Shown one piece after another: positions 29,036 through 38,528 of a DNA stretch of 64,000 nt. The notes below the pieces were generated by a model, which worked only from the letters and a program-made list of their open reading frames with translations, was not told where the DNA came from and did no database searches. Origin of the DNA: Bacteroidota bacterium (GTDB lineage: Bacteria > Bacteroidota > Ignavibacteria > Ignavibacteriales > Melioribacteraceae); assembly GCA_040755055.1 (NCBI GenBank), contig JBFMBS010000007.1, positions 27,444 to 91,443 of the forward strand, written 5' to 3'. Each line of letters starts with the position of its first letter. Positions within the stretch are counted from its first letter, which is position 1. A program made the translations under genes and the position numbers.

Positions 29036-30064
29036 ATGAGCATATTTGAGATTATAATTATTTCATTAATCAAGATTGTGATAGCAGTTGTTGTTTTACT
29101 ATTGACTGTGGCTTATTTAGTTTATTTCGAAAGAAAGATTAGCGCATGGGCGCAAAACAGAATTGGTCCAAACCGTGTTGGATTTCACGGATTGCTTCAA
29201 CCCTTTGCAGATGTATTCAAACTATTATTGAAAGAAGATATTGTTCCCGATGCTGCTAATAAGCCGCTTCACACTTTGGCGCCGTTTATAGCTTTGTTTG
29301 TTGCCTTTGCTACTTATGCTGTTATCCCGATTGGCCCGGCAGTTCACATTTTGGGCTACGATATTAATCTGGTTGTTGCCGATGTTAATATTGGTGTGTT
29401 ATATGTTCTCGCATTAACTTCACTCGGTGTTTACGGAATAACATTTGCCGGATGGTCGTCGGGAAGTAAATATTCGCTGCTCGGTGGTGTCCGGTCATCA
29501 GCACAAATGATATCTTACGAAGTGTCCATGGGATTTTCGATTGCCGGTGTGCTATTGCTTTCCGAATCACTGCGACCGATCGATATAGTAAACTCACAGT
29601 ATGGCTGGATGTGGAATGCTATTGTTCAACCGATAGGATTTATAACATTTGTTGTTTCAGCTTTTGCCGAAACAAATAGATTACCGTTCGATTTACCTGA
29701 AGCAGAACCTGAATTGGTTGGCGGTTATCATACTGAATACAGTTCATTTAAATTTGCCGGATTCTTTTTAGCAGAATATGCCAACATGATAATCGCAAGC
29801 AGTATGATAGTAACACTATATCTTGGCGGCTGGCAAAATCCTCTAGTTGATATTTTAGGAATAACCGGAACAGCTGCCACTTTATTGTACGTTGTTTCAT
29901 TTCTGCTTAAAGTAGCGTTCATACTGTTTTTCTTTATGTGGGTACGATGGAGTATCCCGAGATTTCGTTACGATCAATTAATGAATCTTGGCTGGAAAGT
30001 AATGTTCCCGCTATCATTAGTTAACATTGTTTGGGTTGCAGTGTTAATAATGTTGTTCAATTAA
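29036..30064 (+). CDS. nuoH: NADH-quinone oxidoreductase subunit H
   Basis: YFERKISAWAQNRIGPNRVG..GLLQPFADVFKLLLKEDI and ETNRLPFDLPEAEPELVGGYHTEYS are NuoH/ND1 signatures. Confidence 0.95.
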   Translation: MSIFEIIIISLIKIVIAVVVLLLTVAYLVYFERKISAWAQNRIGPNRVGFHGLLQPFADVFKLLLKEDIVPDAANKPLHTLAPFIALFVAFATYAVIPIGPAVHILGYDINLVVADVNIGVLYVLALTSLGVYGITFAGWSSGSKYSLLGGVRSSAQMISYEVSMGFSIAGVLLLSESLRPIDIVNSQYGWMWNAIVQPIGFITFVVSAFAETNRLPFDLPEAEPELVGGYHTEYSSFKFAGFFLAEYANMIIASSMIVTLYLGGWQNPLVDILGITGTAATLLYVVSFLLKVAFILFFFMWVRWSIPRFRYDQLMNLGWKVMFPLSLVNIVWVAVLIMLFN

Positions 30065-30082
30065 AAGAGTACAAAGGAAGTT

Positions 30083-30577
30083 ATGACAGTAAAAAAGAGA
30101 ACCGAAGATTTAACTTTTTTCCAGAAGATATATGTTGCCGAAATAGGACGCGGATTAATGCTCACATTGAAGAATATGTTCCGCCCCAAAGTTACTATGC
30201 AATATCCTGAAGTTAAATTTACGCCCCCGGCATCGTACCGCGGTCGTCCCGTTCTCGTTCAAGAAAATAATGGTGTGGAAAGGTGTGTTGCGTGCGGATT
30301 GTGTTCGCGTGTGTGCCCGGCACTTGCGATTGAAGTCCAAGCTGCTGAAACAGATCTCGAAAAAGAAAGATATCCTCAAAAGTTTGAGATAAATATGCTG
30401 CGCTGTATCTTCTGCGGCTTCTGCGAAGAAGTATGTCCCGAAGAAGCAATTGTTATGAGCAAAGATTACGAGTTGGTTTTCACTAATAGAGAAGACGCAA
30501 TCTACGGCAAAGATAAATTATTAACTCCAGTCGATAAATTAAAAGACCGCCTCGAATTTTTAAGAAAGTTTAAATAG
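30083..30577 (+). CDS. nuoI: NADH-quinone oxidoreductase subunit I (2x 4Fe-4S ferredoxin)
   Basis: CVACGLCSRVCP and CIFCGFCEEVCP cluster motifs at the expected spacing. Confidence 0.9.
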   Translation: MTVKKRTEDLTFFQKIYVAEIGRGLMLTLKNMFRPKVTMQYPEVKFTPPASYRGRPVLVQENNGVERCVACGLCSRVCPALAIEVQAAETDLEKERYPQKFEINMLRCIFCGFCEEVCPEEAIVMSKDYELVFTNREDAIYGKDKLLTPVDKLKDRLEFLRKFK

Positions 30578-30689
30578 AATTTTTCATAAGAATAATTCAA
30601 TTCCATATGTAGTTCAGTTGAAAAATATCTTTTAGTTTAAAATAAATTTTTTATTAGGTTGAATTCATAATCTGCTTCTGAGGAAATAG

Positions 30690-32228
30690 ATGTTCTCAAA
30701 AGTATATTCTGCCTCTACATTTGGAATTGATGCCTACAAAGTTGAAGTTGAAACGCACAGCGAAAAACAACTCCCATCCATCACAATTGTCGGTTTGCCG
30801 GATAATGCAGTTAAGGAAAGCAAAGAACGAATTACCGCCGCACTTAAAAATACCAACATAGAACTTCCGCTTAAAAAAGTAACTGTTAACCTTGCACCGG
30901 CAGATATTAAGAAAGAAGGGAGTGCATTTGATTTGCCGATTGCTGTCGGTATTCTGTCCTCAAATGAAATTGTACAGCTGGGTAAACTTGAAGCAACTTT
31001 GCTGCTAGGCGAACTTTCACTCGACGGGACACTAAGAAAAGTTAAAGGCGGCTTGCCTATTGCTGTTGAAGTAAAAAAACTTGGAATAAAAAATTTTATC
31101 CTTCCAATCGATTCTGTTAAAGAAGCATCTATTGTTGAAGGTGTAAATGTTTATGGATTAGAAAATCTTACCGAAGTAATTCAGTTCCTGAATAACGAAA
31201 ATCATTTTGAACCGGTTTACACCGATAAAGATGAAGTCTTTTCTCAAGTGAATACATATCATTTGGATTTTTCCGATGTGAAGGGACAGGAGAATGTTAA
31301 ACGTTCTTTGGAAATTGCTGCAGCCGGGGGTCATAATATTCTGATGATCGGTCCGCCCGGTTCAGGCAAAACTATGCTTGCAAAAAGATTGCCTACAATT
31401 CTTCCACCGTTAACTTTTGAAGAAGCACTTGCTACAACAAAAATTCATTCGGTTGCCGGAATCCTTCCAAAGGACAAAGCACTAATAACAGAAAGACCGT
31501 TTCGCAGCCCGCACCACACAGTCAGCGATGCCGCACTAATCGGCGGCGGAAGTATTCCGCGGCCCGGAGAAGTTTCGTTTGCTCATCACGGAGTTTTATT
31601 TCTTGATGAACTACCTGAGTTCAAAAAAAATGTATTGGAAGTTTTGCGTCAGCCGCTTGAAGATTATAAAGTAACAATCAGCCGCTCAAAAATGTCTTTG
31701 GAATTTCCGGCAAACTTTATGCTTGCTGCCGCGATGAACCCGTGTCCGTGCGGATATTTTACCGATCCTACAAAAGAATGCACTTGCAACACTTCTCAAA
31801 TTCAAAAATATATGGCACGTATCTCCGGGCCATTACTCGATAGAATTGATATACACATTGAGGTACCGGCTGTTAAATTTAAGGAGTTATCGTCAAGTTC
31901 AACCGGAGAACGGTCTGAAGTAATTAGGGAAAGAGTTGTTAATGCGAGAATAGTTCAGAACAAACGGTTTGAAGGGATGAAAAATATTTATTGTAACGCT
32001 GACATGGGTTCAAAAGAATTAAGAAAATTTTGTAAAATTGATTCTGCCTCGGAAGAATTATTAAAAATGGCAATGACACGTCTTGGTTTATCTGCCCGTG
32101 CATACGATAGAATAATAAAAGTCAGTCGAACAATTGCCGATCTCGAGAACTCGGAAAACATTTTACCGCAGCACATCAGCGAAGCAATTCAATACCGTAC
32201 ACTCGATAGGGAATTGTGGGGGCACTGA
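30690..32228 (+). CDS. comM: YifB/ComM-family Mg-chelatase-like AAA+ ATPase
   Basis: Lon-protease-like N-domain. Walker A: [27 protein letters not shown] zinc-ribbon-like CPCGY...C.C. The C-terminal part has [18 protein letters not shown]. Confidence 0.9.
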   Translation: MFSKVYSASTFGIDAYKVEVETHSEKQLPSITIVGLPDNAVKESKERITAALKNTNIELPLKKVTVNLAPADIKKEGSAFDLPIAVGILSSNEIVQLGKLEATLLLGELSLDGTLRKVKGGLPIAVEVKKLGIKNFILPIDSVKEASIVEGVNVYGLENLTEVIQFLNNENHFEPVYTDKDEVFSQVNTYHLDFSDVKGQENVKRSLEIAAAGGHNILMIGPPGSGKTMLAKRLPTILPPLTFEEALATTKIHSVAGILPKDKALITERPFRSPHHTVSDAALIGGGSIPRPGEVSFAHHGVLFLDELPEFKKNVLEVLRQPLEDYKVTISRSKMSLEFPANFMLAAAMNPCPCGYFTDPTKECTCNTSQIQKYMARISGPLLDRIDIHIEVPAVKFKELSSSSTGERSEVIRERVVNARIVQNKRFEGMKNIYCNADMGSKELRKFCKIDSASEELLKMAMTRLGLSARAYDRIIKVSRTIADLENSENILPQHISEAIQYRTLDRELWGH

Positions 32229-32232
32229 AAGC

Positions 32233-32390
32233 AAGTACGAAATACTAAGTTCGAAGGACGAATTTAAAAGCATGAATGCATGATTGCATGAAAGCATGAT
32301 TTTGTTGCTATTCTTTTATCCAGTATCAAGTATCCAGCATCGTTACCTAAAAGTCATCCGGACAAGCATCCAGCAATCTTCTTCTTTTTT
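32233..32390. repeat. Composite word-array repeat, copy A (ACGAA words, GCATGAnn octamers, CCAGTAT heptamers)
   Basis: Contains gcatgaat gcatgatt gcatgaaa gcatgatt and ccagtat caagtat ccagcat. The 44-bp block 32285-32328 matches 54067-54110 at 42 of 44 positions. Confidence 0.75.
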
Positions 32391-32410
32391 TATTAAAACT
32401 TAAAAGCCAC

Positions 32411-32439
32411 TTGCATCTTGAAGAAACTTATTTTATGTT
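32411..32439 (+). promoter_or_regulatory. Candidate sigma-70-type promoter of the LacI-family gene (TTGCAT-17-TATGTT)
   Basis: Hexamers with a 17-nt spacer lie immediately upstream of the palindromic operator. Called from sequence pattern only. Confidence 0.35.
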
Positions 32440-32440
32440 T

Positions 32441-32458
32441 TGCACAAACGTTTGCGCA
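32441..32458 (+). promoter_or_regulatory. LacI/PurR-type palindromic operator (tgCACAAACGTTTGCGca)
   Basis: The core CAAACGTTTG is a perfect 10-bp palindrome, and 16 bp are symmetric with one mismatched pair. It lies 16 nt upstream of the likely regulator start codon. LacI-family operators have a central CG flanked by AA/TT. Confidence 0.6.
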
Positions 32459-32473
32459 AAAGTTGGATTTTCT

Positions 32474-33505
32474 ATGAAAGAGTACAATCTTAATACCATC
32501 AAACATATTGCGGAGAAAGTAGAGTTATCGGTTTCGACAGTTTCGCGAGTATTAAACGGGAAAGCGAAGAAATACAGAATCAGCGATGAGGCATCCGAAA
32601 TTATTCTCAAAGCTGCGAAGGAACTGAATTACACTCCGAATTTGCTTGCACGCGGTTTGAGGCTTAACAAAACATTTACGATCGGTTATATCATCCCTGA
32701 TATTGCCAACCCTTTCTTTTCGAGGATTGCAGATAACGTAGAAAAGTACGCACGTAAAAAAGGTTACTCTGTTGTGCTTTGCGATAGTGAGGAAGATGCA
32801 AATGTTGAGAAATCGTCTGTACAAATTTTAGCGGACAAAAAAATAGACGGTATGATAATATCTCCGGTCGGGCAAGAAATTCAACACATACTTGATTTGA
32901 AGAAAAAGAAAATCCCGATTGTGTTCATTGACCGTTATTTCCCGGGCAAAGATATTCCGTTTGTTACATCGGAAAATTATAAAGGTGCATTCGAAGCAGT
33001 AAAACATCTGATAGAAAACGGGCACGAAAGAATTGCGTGCATTCAGGGTTTGAAAGAAACACTTCCGATTATGGAAAGAGTCCGGGGGTATATTGCTGCT
33101 TTGAAAAATTACAACATTCCGGTTGATGAGAGTTTGATTGTCGGCGATAATTTCAGCGAGCAGAACGGTTACATCGAAACGAAACTGCTTCTTAAAAAAT
33201 CAAAACCGCCCACTGCAATTTTTGGATTGAGCAATTTGATTTCATTTGGAGCGATGCGAGCACTGCGCGAAGAAGGGTTATCTATACCCGGCGACACTTC
33301 TTTAATAACATTTGATGATTTACCGTACCTCGATTTTTTATCAACACCGATGACAGCAGTTGAACAGCAAGGCAATGAAATCGGCAACATCGCAACAAAA
33401 ATGTTGATCGATCAAATCGAATCGGGAAAGAATTACGAAGCAGAAGGAATTTTTGTACCGACAAAATTAATCGCACGCAGTTCGGTAAAAAAAATCAACG
33501 GGTAA
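32474..33505 (+). CDS. LacI-family transcriptional regulator
   Basis: N-terminal HTH: NTIKHIAEKVELSVSTVSRVLNG. This is followed by a periplasmic-binding-protein-like sugar-binding core (..GMIISP.., ..SLITFDD..). The start was moved to MKEYNL; the upstream part of the ORF track is the promoter/operator region. Confidence 0.85.
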   Translation: MKEYNLNTIKHIAEKVELSVSTVSRVLNGKAKKYRISDEASEIILKAAKELNYTPNLLARGLRLNKTFTIGYIIPDIANPFFSRIADNVEKYARKKGYSVVLCDSEEDANVEKSSVQILADKKIDGMIISPVGQEIQHILDLKKKKIPIVFIDRYFPGKDIPFVTSENYKGAFEAVKHLIENGHERIACIQGLKETLPIMERVRGYIAALKNYNIPVDESLIVGDNFSEQNGYIETKLLLKKSKPPTAIFGLSNLISFGAMRALREEGLSIPGDTSLITFDDLPYLDFLSTPMTAVEQQGNEIGNIATKMLIDQIESGKNYEAEGIFVPTKLIARSSVKKING

Positions 33506-33566
33506 AATTTGAAGAGCAACATAAATAGTAAACACACTTTTAGTAATCTCTTTTAAAGGGAGTTTT

Positions 33567-36479
33567 ATGTTGAACGCAAAAAATATTTTCATAAACTCTT
33601 GGAATAAGCCGGTACTCTTTGCAATAATTTTTCTTTCTATTTATGCAAACATATTTGCAAAGGGAAAGGTAACCGGCAAAGTTGTAGATAAAGAAACGGG
33701 TGAGCCGCTTGTTGGAGTAAACGTTATTATTAAAGATGCGAAAGTTGGTGCGGCAACCGATCTCGACGGTGAATATATAATAATCAATGTTCCGCCGGGA
33801 GTTTATTCCATTACCGCAACAAGTATCGGTTACGAAGCTGCAACAGTAACGGATGTTAACGTAATTACTAACCGAACAATCAGAGTTGATTTTCAACTAT
33901 CGAGTTCTGCTTTTCAGCAAAATGAAGTTGTTATTTCTGCTGAGAGACCACCCGTAGTAAAAGACCTTACTGCAAGCGAACAAATTATAGACGATAAATT
34001 TTTATCGCGCTCGATTGCTCGAAGTGTTCCCGAAGCAATTGAAACACAAGCCGGAATTTTTCAAGGTTATTACCGCGGAAGTACACAAGTGCAAGCTTTG
34101 TACATGCTCGATAATGTTAGCATGAACAGCGGACTTTTTTCCGAAAACTATACCGGCATCAACACTTCTACAATTCAAGAGATTGCGGTATTAACCGGCG
34201 GATACAATGCAGAGTTTGGAAATGCACGTTCGGCAATTATTAATGTAACAACCAAAACAAGCAAGCAAGGAATACACGGAACGGTGATTGGCAGAATGCG
34301 TCCAGCCGGTATCTACCATTTTGGTTCTTACATGTACGGAAAAGACCTTTATGATTGGACTCACTTCAATCTCGATTATTGGACAGCGCAGACACAAGAT
34401 CCCAACAGCGCGCATTACGGGAAAAATCCTTCAGAATTACTTGAGCTATGGCAGAAGCAAATTACTCCAAACGATACATTAAAAAATTATGATAAACGTG
34501 TTCAGTACGAAACAGAAGCAACACTTTACGGACCGGTTACGGAGGATCTTTCTTTTCTTGCTTCGGGACGTTTTGTGAGACACATAAATATTTTTCCGCA
34601 AGCCATTCCCGATAATCCAGAATTTAATTTTCAAGGCACGCTCGATTACAAACTCGGTTCCGATATTCAAATTAAGGTAAGTGGTTTATTCGGCGGTTAT
34701 GAAAGTGCCGATAACATGTCAACAAATTGGCAAAGCACGGAATCGGCTCAAGAAGCGCAGTGGTACACACAAATGGTTGTTACCGATCCGTATCAAAGAG
34801 AAAAATATGCTTTGATGGGTGCGTTCCTTTATCAATGGCCCGAAAAAAGAAGATGGTCGCAGCTCTCAACAAAAGTTACATATCTGATTAATACTGATTC
34901 GTTTCTCGAAACAACATTCAGCTATCTGCATGATAATATGGACCGTTCGGATCGTTACAATTCGGTCCCCGATTCATTGTATTCACATACAGCAGACAAG
35001 CAAAAATTAATTTGGTATTTGGATAAAGGTTACGAACATGCATACGATAAAACCGATGCAAAAGTTTATTCGTTGAAATCAACTTTCACGAGTCAGATAA
35101 CAAAAAATCATCTCGTGAAAACCGGCATTGAATTTACCACTTATGATTTTTACGAAGATCATTTCATGGTTGAATACAAAGGCGGCGGCAGAGAAAATTT
35201 TGTAAATAAATTTCATGGTTATCCGTACGAAGGAAATTTCTTTATTCAGGACAAAATGGAATTTCCCGGAATGGTTGTTAATGCCGGTATTCGTGTTGAT
35301 TTCTTTGACCAAAACAGAGAAGCACCGAAGAGTATGTTTGATCCGCTCGCGTTTCAATTAACAACGCCGGGTCATAACGCCGATGAACCGTACGGTTACC
35401 CCGGCAATCCCGAAAGAGAGAGAACAAAATTACAAGTTGCTGTTGCGCCGCGTTTGGGTATTTCACACCCGATAACAGATAATACCGTTCTTCATTTTTC
35501 TTACGGACATTTTTATCAAAGACCTTCGTGGAGTAAAATGTTCGGCTTTCCAACTGTAAGTTATGTTGAAGACGACAGCGCCGCACTCGATCAATACGGT
35601 GATCAAAAAACTTTCATGGAAGAATGGCACGGTTATTACGGCAATCCGAAACTCACTTACGAAAAAACAATTCAGTACGAAATTGGAGTTGAACACAATC
35701 TCGCAAATCTGATGATGATTGATGTAACCGGTTATTACAAAGACGGCTCGCGCGAAACCGGATTTAATTCGATCACCGGTGTTTACCCGGCGACACATTA
35801 CGCAAACAAAGCAATCATGGTTAGCAACGGCGGCTACTCCGATGTACGCGGCATCGAAAGTAAAATTGAAACACGCGCAGATTTTTATTTGAACGGCGGA
35901 ATGAGCTACGATATTTATTGGTCGTGGGATGGTGTAGTCGGCTACTCGCGTTTGTACGAACCCGGCGCCGATAGAGAAAATGTTCCGAAAGGTTTGAGAA
36001 ATGCAAAAGGTGCTTGGAGTAGTTTTCATAAAATAAAAGCATGGGCAACGCTTGCGTTCCCGAAAGAATTTGGTCCCGAAGTTTTTGGTTTCAAACCTTT
36101 GAGTGATTTCTTCGTGTACGTTTATTCATGGTGGCGGAGCGGCGACCCGTACACTTATCACGATCCGGGTGATCTTTCGACTCAGCCGAATAACAAAACG
36201 TGGTTCAATTATTATGAAATCGATTTGAAGATTGCGAAAGGATTTGAGTTCCTCGGCACACGTTTTCAATTAAGCATGGATGTAAAAAATCTTCTCGACA
36301 GCAAATTCTACAGAAGATTATACAGTGACGATTTGATCAGATGGCATGAGCGCACCGATTTGCCGGAGGAAGAACGTCTGCCCAAAAATGATTTTTCGAA
36401 CGAGCCGGACGTTTGGAACTGGTACACTTATGAGGTTCCGCCGCGCCAAATCAATTTTGAATTGAGAATGGATTTTTGA
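33567..36479 (+). CDS. TonB-dependent receptor with N-terminal carboxypeptidase-regulatory-like domain (SusC-like architecture)
   Basis: The signal peptide is followed by KVTGKVVDKETGEPLVGVNVIIKD...GEYIIINVPPGVYSITATSIGY (CarboxypepD_reg). A plug region has ..GGYNAEFGNARSAIINVTTK... There is a long beta-barrel, and the C-terminus ends in an aromatic residue (..ELRMDF). Confidence 0.8.
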   Translation: MLNAKNIFINSWNKPVLFAIIFLSIYANIFAKGKVTGKVVDKETGEPLVGVNVIIKDAKVGAATDLDGEYIIINVPPGVYSITATSIGYEAATVTDVNVITNRTIRVDFQLSSSAFQQNEVVISAERPPVVKDLTASEQIIDDKFLSRSIARSVPEAIETQAGIFQGYYRGSTQVQALYMLDNVSMNSGLFSENYTGINTSTIQEIAVLTGGYNAEFGNARSAIINVTTKTSKQGIHGTVIGRMRPAGIYHFGSYMYGKDLYDWTHFNLDYWTAQTQDPNSAHYGKNPSELLELWQKQITPNDTLKNYDKRVQYETEATLYGPVTEDLSFLASGRFVRHINIFPQAIPDNPEFNFQGTLDYKLGSDIQIKVSGLFGGYESADNMSTNWQSTESAQEAQWYTQMVVTDPYQREKYALMGAFLYQWPEKRRWSQLSTKVTYLINTDSFLETTFSYLHDNMDRSDRYNSVPDSLYSHTADKQKLIWYLDKGYEHAYDKTDAKVYSLKSTFTSQITKNHLVKTGIEFTTYDFYEDHFMVEYKGGGRENFVNKFHGYPYEGNFFIQDKMEFPGMVVNAGIRVDFFDQNREAPKSMFDPLAFQLTTPGHNADEPYGYPGNPERERTKLQVAVAPRLGISHPITDNTVLHFSYGHFYQRPSWSKMFGFPTVSYVEDDSAALDQYGDQKTFMEEWHGYYGNPKLTYEKTIQYEIGVEHNLANLMMIDVTGYYKDGSRETGFNSITGVYPATHYANKAIMVSNGGYSDVRGIESKIETRADFYLNGGMSYDIYWSWDGVVGYSRLYEPGADRENVPKGLRNAKGAWSSFHKIKAWATLAFPKEFGPEVFGFKPLSDFFVYVYSWWRSGDPYTYHDPGDLSTQPNNKTWFNYYEIDLKIAKGFEFLGTRFQLSMDVKNLLDSKFYRRLYSDDLIRWHERTDLPEEERLPKNDFSNEPDVWNWYTYEVPPRQINFELRMDF

Positions 36480-36523
36480 AACCAGCTTTAATATCAAGTA
36501 AAAAAAATTTTAAAGGAAATAAA

Positions 36524-38485
36524 ATGCTGCCGAATCGATTAATCATAAAAAAGGTCAAACAAAAAATTTCTGCTCTAATTTTATTTTTATTGATCTTCAC
36601 TTCTCACACGAATGCACAAGTGCAGTGGGGGCATGAAGATTTGACACGCGGAAAATTGTGGCAGACAATCTGGAACTCACTTCAATACGGCGAGCCGAAT
36701 AATTTATTCTCAAGTTCATTTTATACGATGGACTATCCCGGCTACACAAAAGGAAGCGATGCCGGCGATGCATTGAATTATTGCCAGGCAACCGGCTATT
36801 CGATTTACGGAAAGAGAAACGACACTCCGCTTGCATATACAATTACGACGCGCTTTCAGCCATCGGGCAGATATGTTTATCCTCTCGAAGAAGCGGCTCT
36901 CAAAAAAAATTACAACTTTGTTAATCCAACCGATAAAGCCGAAGAAACAGTAACGGGCGCTCATCATGTAATCGATTTAAATGTGGACATCGCACACAAA
37001 AGCATGGTGTGGAGTCTGCCGGGCTACAGCGATTTTGTAATTCACGAAGTTACAATTACAAACACACATTGGACTGCACTTTCGGATATCTACTTCGGAA
37101 TGCGTTACGGAATTGTAATGACTTTGAGATCGGGAACCGAATACGATGAAAAGTACGGCTGGGATGAAAACGCAAAGCTCTTCTACTTTTATGATCACAG
37201 AAGTTTTAGATGGGATGATGAAGCACCGATAGTTTACAACTTTGGCGTTGGACCCGAAAGAGGAGACATTGCCGATGCGCGCGATATTTACGAACAAGGA
37301 TCGCGCGAACACGAACTTGATGCACCCGGATATTTCACGGCATTTTGTCTCGATTCGAAGAACGCACCGGTTTATCAAAATATACTTGAACATCTCGGCG
37401 GAAATTTTGCAACCGAAGCGCCGGTCGAAGATCAAATGATCCGGCTCGATCAACTTGAATCACTCGGTGCAAATCGATTGAAAGAAATAATGATTCATGA
37501 ACAGCCGCATCTTTCGTGGGATGAAGCAAAAGCAAACGGGCAAGAAGGCGGAAATAAATTTGAGAGAAAACCGGAATTTTTAGTGAGCGCGGGTCCGTAC
37601 GAACTTGAACCGTACGAATCGATCACACTTGTTTTTGCGGAAGCCGTAGGAGAAATGGACCGCGCAAAAATTGTTGAAGGAGGCGTTGCAAATATTGATC
37701 TGCTCGCAACGGAATCGAAAGCAGCTTTACTCGAACATGTAAAAACCGCAAAAGAATTTTATGCAAACGGCTATGTGCCGAAAGCGTATCCGCCGATGAC
37801 AGTGAGCGGCGGCGAAAATAGTTTGGAACTTTCGACCGAACCCGGAGCTGTTCGAATAAAATGGGAACCGGTTCCTTCGACATATACTGATCCTCTTACT
37901 TTACAAAATGACTTTGCCGGTTACAGAGTTTACCGGTCAACTTATTTCACAATCGGTCCTTGGAAACTTGCTGCCGATATTCCGAAAGCTGAAGCACAAG
38001 TTGACGAATTCGGGAAAGTATATTACGTCGATTCAGATTTACCGTACGGAGTGGGAAATTATTATTGTGTTACAACTTACGATGCCGAAGGAAACGAGAG
38101 CGCAAAACTAAACAACAACCGTTACCCGGTTTATCCCTTGAGAGGTTCCAACAAAGAATTTCCAAAAAATGTTTATGTGGTTCCAAACCCGTTTAGGCAG
38201 CACAGCGGTTTGTACGGTTCGGGTGAAAGATACAGAATGGAATTTATCGGTCTGCCCGGCAAATGCAGAATTAAAATTTTTACCGCAATGGGAGAACTTG
38301 TCAAAGAAATTCATCACGATGACGGAACCGGTTCTACTTCGTGGGGAAGTATTAAAACTCTCGACTATCAATTAAACAACTGGATGCTCGGCGTTGCACC
38401 CGGAGTTTATATTTATTCGGTTGAATCACTCGTGCCCGAACACAACGGCGAAACCTTTATCGGAAAGTTTGCAATAATTAAATAA
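36524..38485 (+). CDS. Secreted protein of unknown function with C-terminal FN3-like and beta-sandwich (FlgD-Ig / sorting-domain-like) regions
   Basis: Signal peptide ISALILFLLIFTSHTNAQ. No recognisable catalytic motif. FN3-like: VRIKWEPVPS..FAGYRVYRS..YYCVTTYDAEGNES. The tail has VYVVPNPF....CRIKIFTAMGELVKEI....GVYIYSV. The ORF overlaps the stop of the receptor gene, which suggests co-translation or an operon. Confidence 0.5.
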   Translation: MLPNRLIIKKVKQKISALILFLLIFTSHTNAQVQWGHEDLTRGKLWQTIWNSLQYGEPNNLFSSSFYTMDYPGYTKGSDAGDALNYCQATGYSIYGKRNDTPLAYTITTRFQPSGRYVYPLEEAALKKNYNFVNPTDKAEETVTGAHHVIDLNVDIAHKSMVWSLPGYSDFVIHEVTITNTHWTALSDIYFGMRYGIVMTLRSGTEYDEKYGWDENAKLFYFYDHRSFRWDDEAPIVYNFGVGPERGDIADARDIYEQGSREHELDAPGYFTAFCLDSKNAPVYQNILEHLGGNFATEAPVEDQMIRLDQLESLGANRLKEIMIHEQPHLSWDEAKANGQEGGNKFERKPEFLVSAGPYELEPYESITLVFAEAVGEMDRAKIVEGGVANIDLLATESKAALLEHVKTAKEFYANGYVPKAYPPMTVSGGENSLELSTEPGAVRIKWEPVPSTYTDPLTLQNDFAGYRVYRSTYFTIGPWKLAADIPKAEAQVDEFGKVYYVDSDLPYGVGNYYCVTTYDAEGNESAKLNNNRYPVYPLRGSNKEFPKNVYVVPNPFRQHSGLYGSGERYRMEFIGLPGKCRIKIFTAMGELVKEIHHDDGTGSTSWGSIKTLDYQLNNWMLGVAPGVYIYSVESLVPEHNGETFIGKFAIIK

Positions 38486-38528
38486 CAAACTCTCTATTGG
38501 TCTGTTTCTCATAATAGGAGAATATAAA

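Noticed and set aside
36476-36523. The TTG start overlapping the receptor stop for the unknown 669-aa ORF
   Set aside because: The first 16 residues are hydrophilic and precede a clear Met plus signal peptide (MLPNRLIIKKVKQKISALILFLLIF). The shorter form is more plausible, although translational coupling from the overlapping start cannot be excluded.
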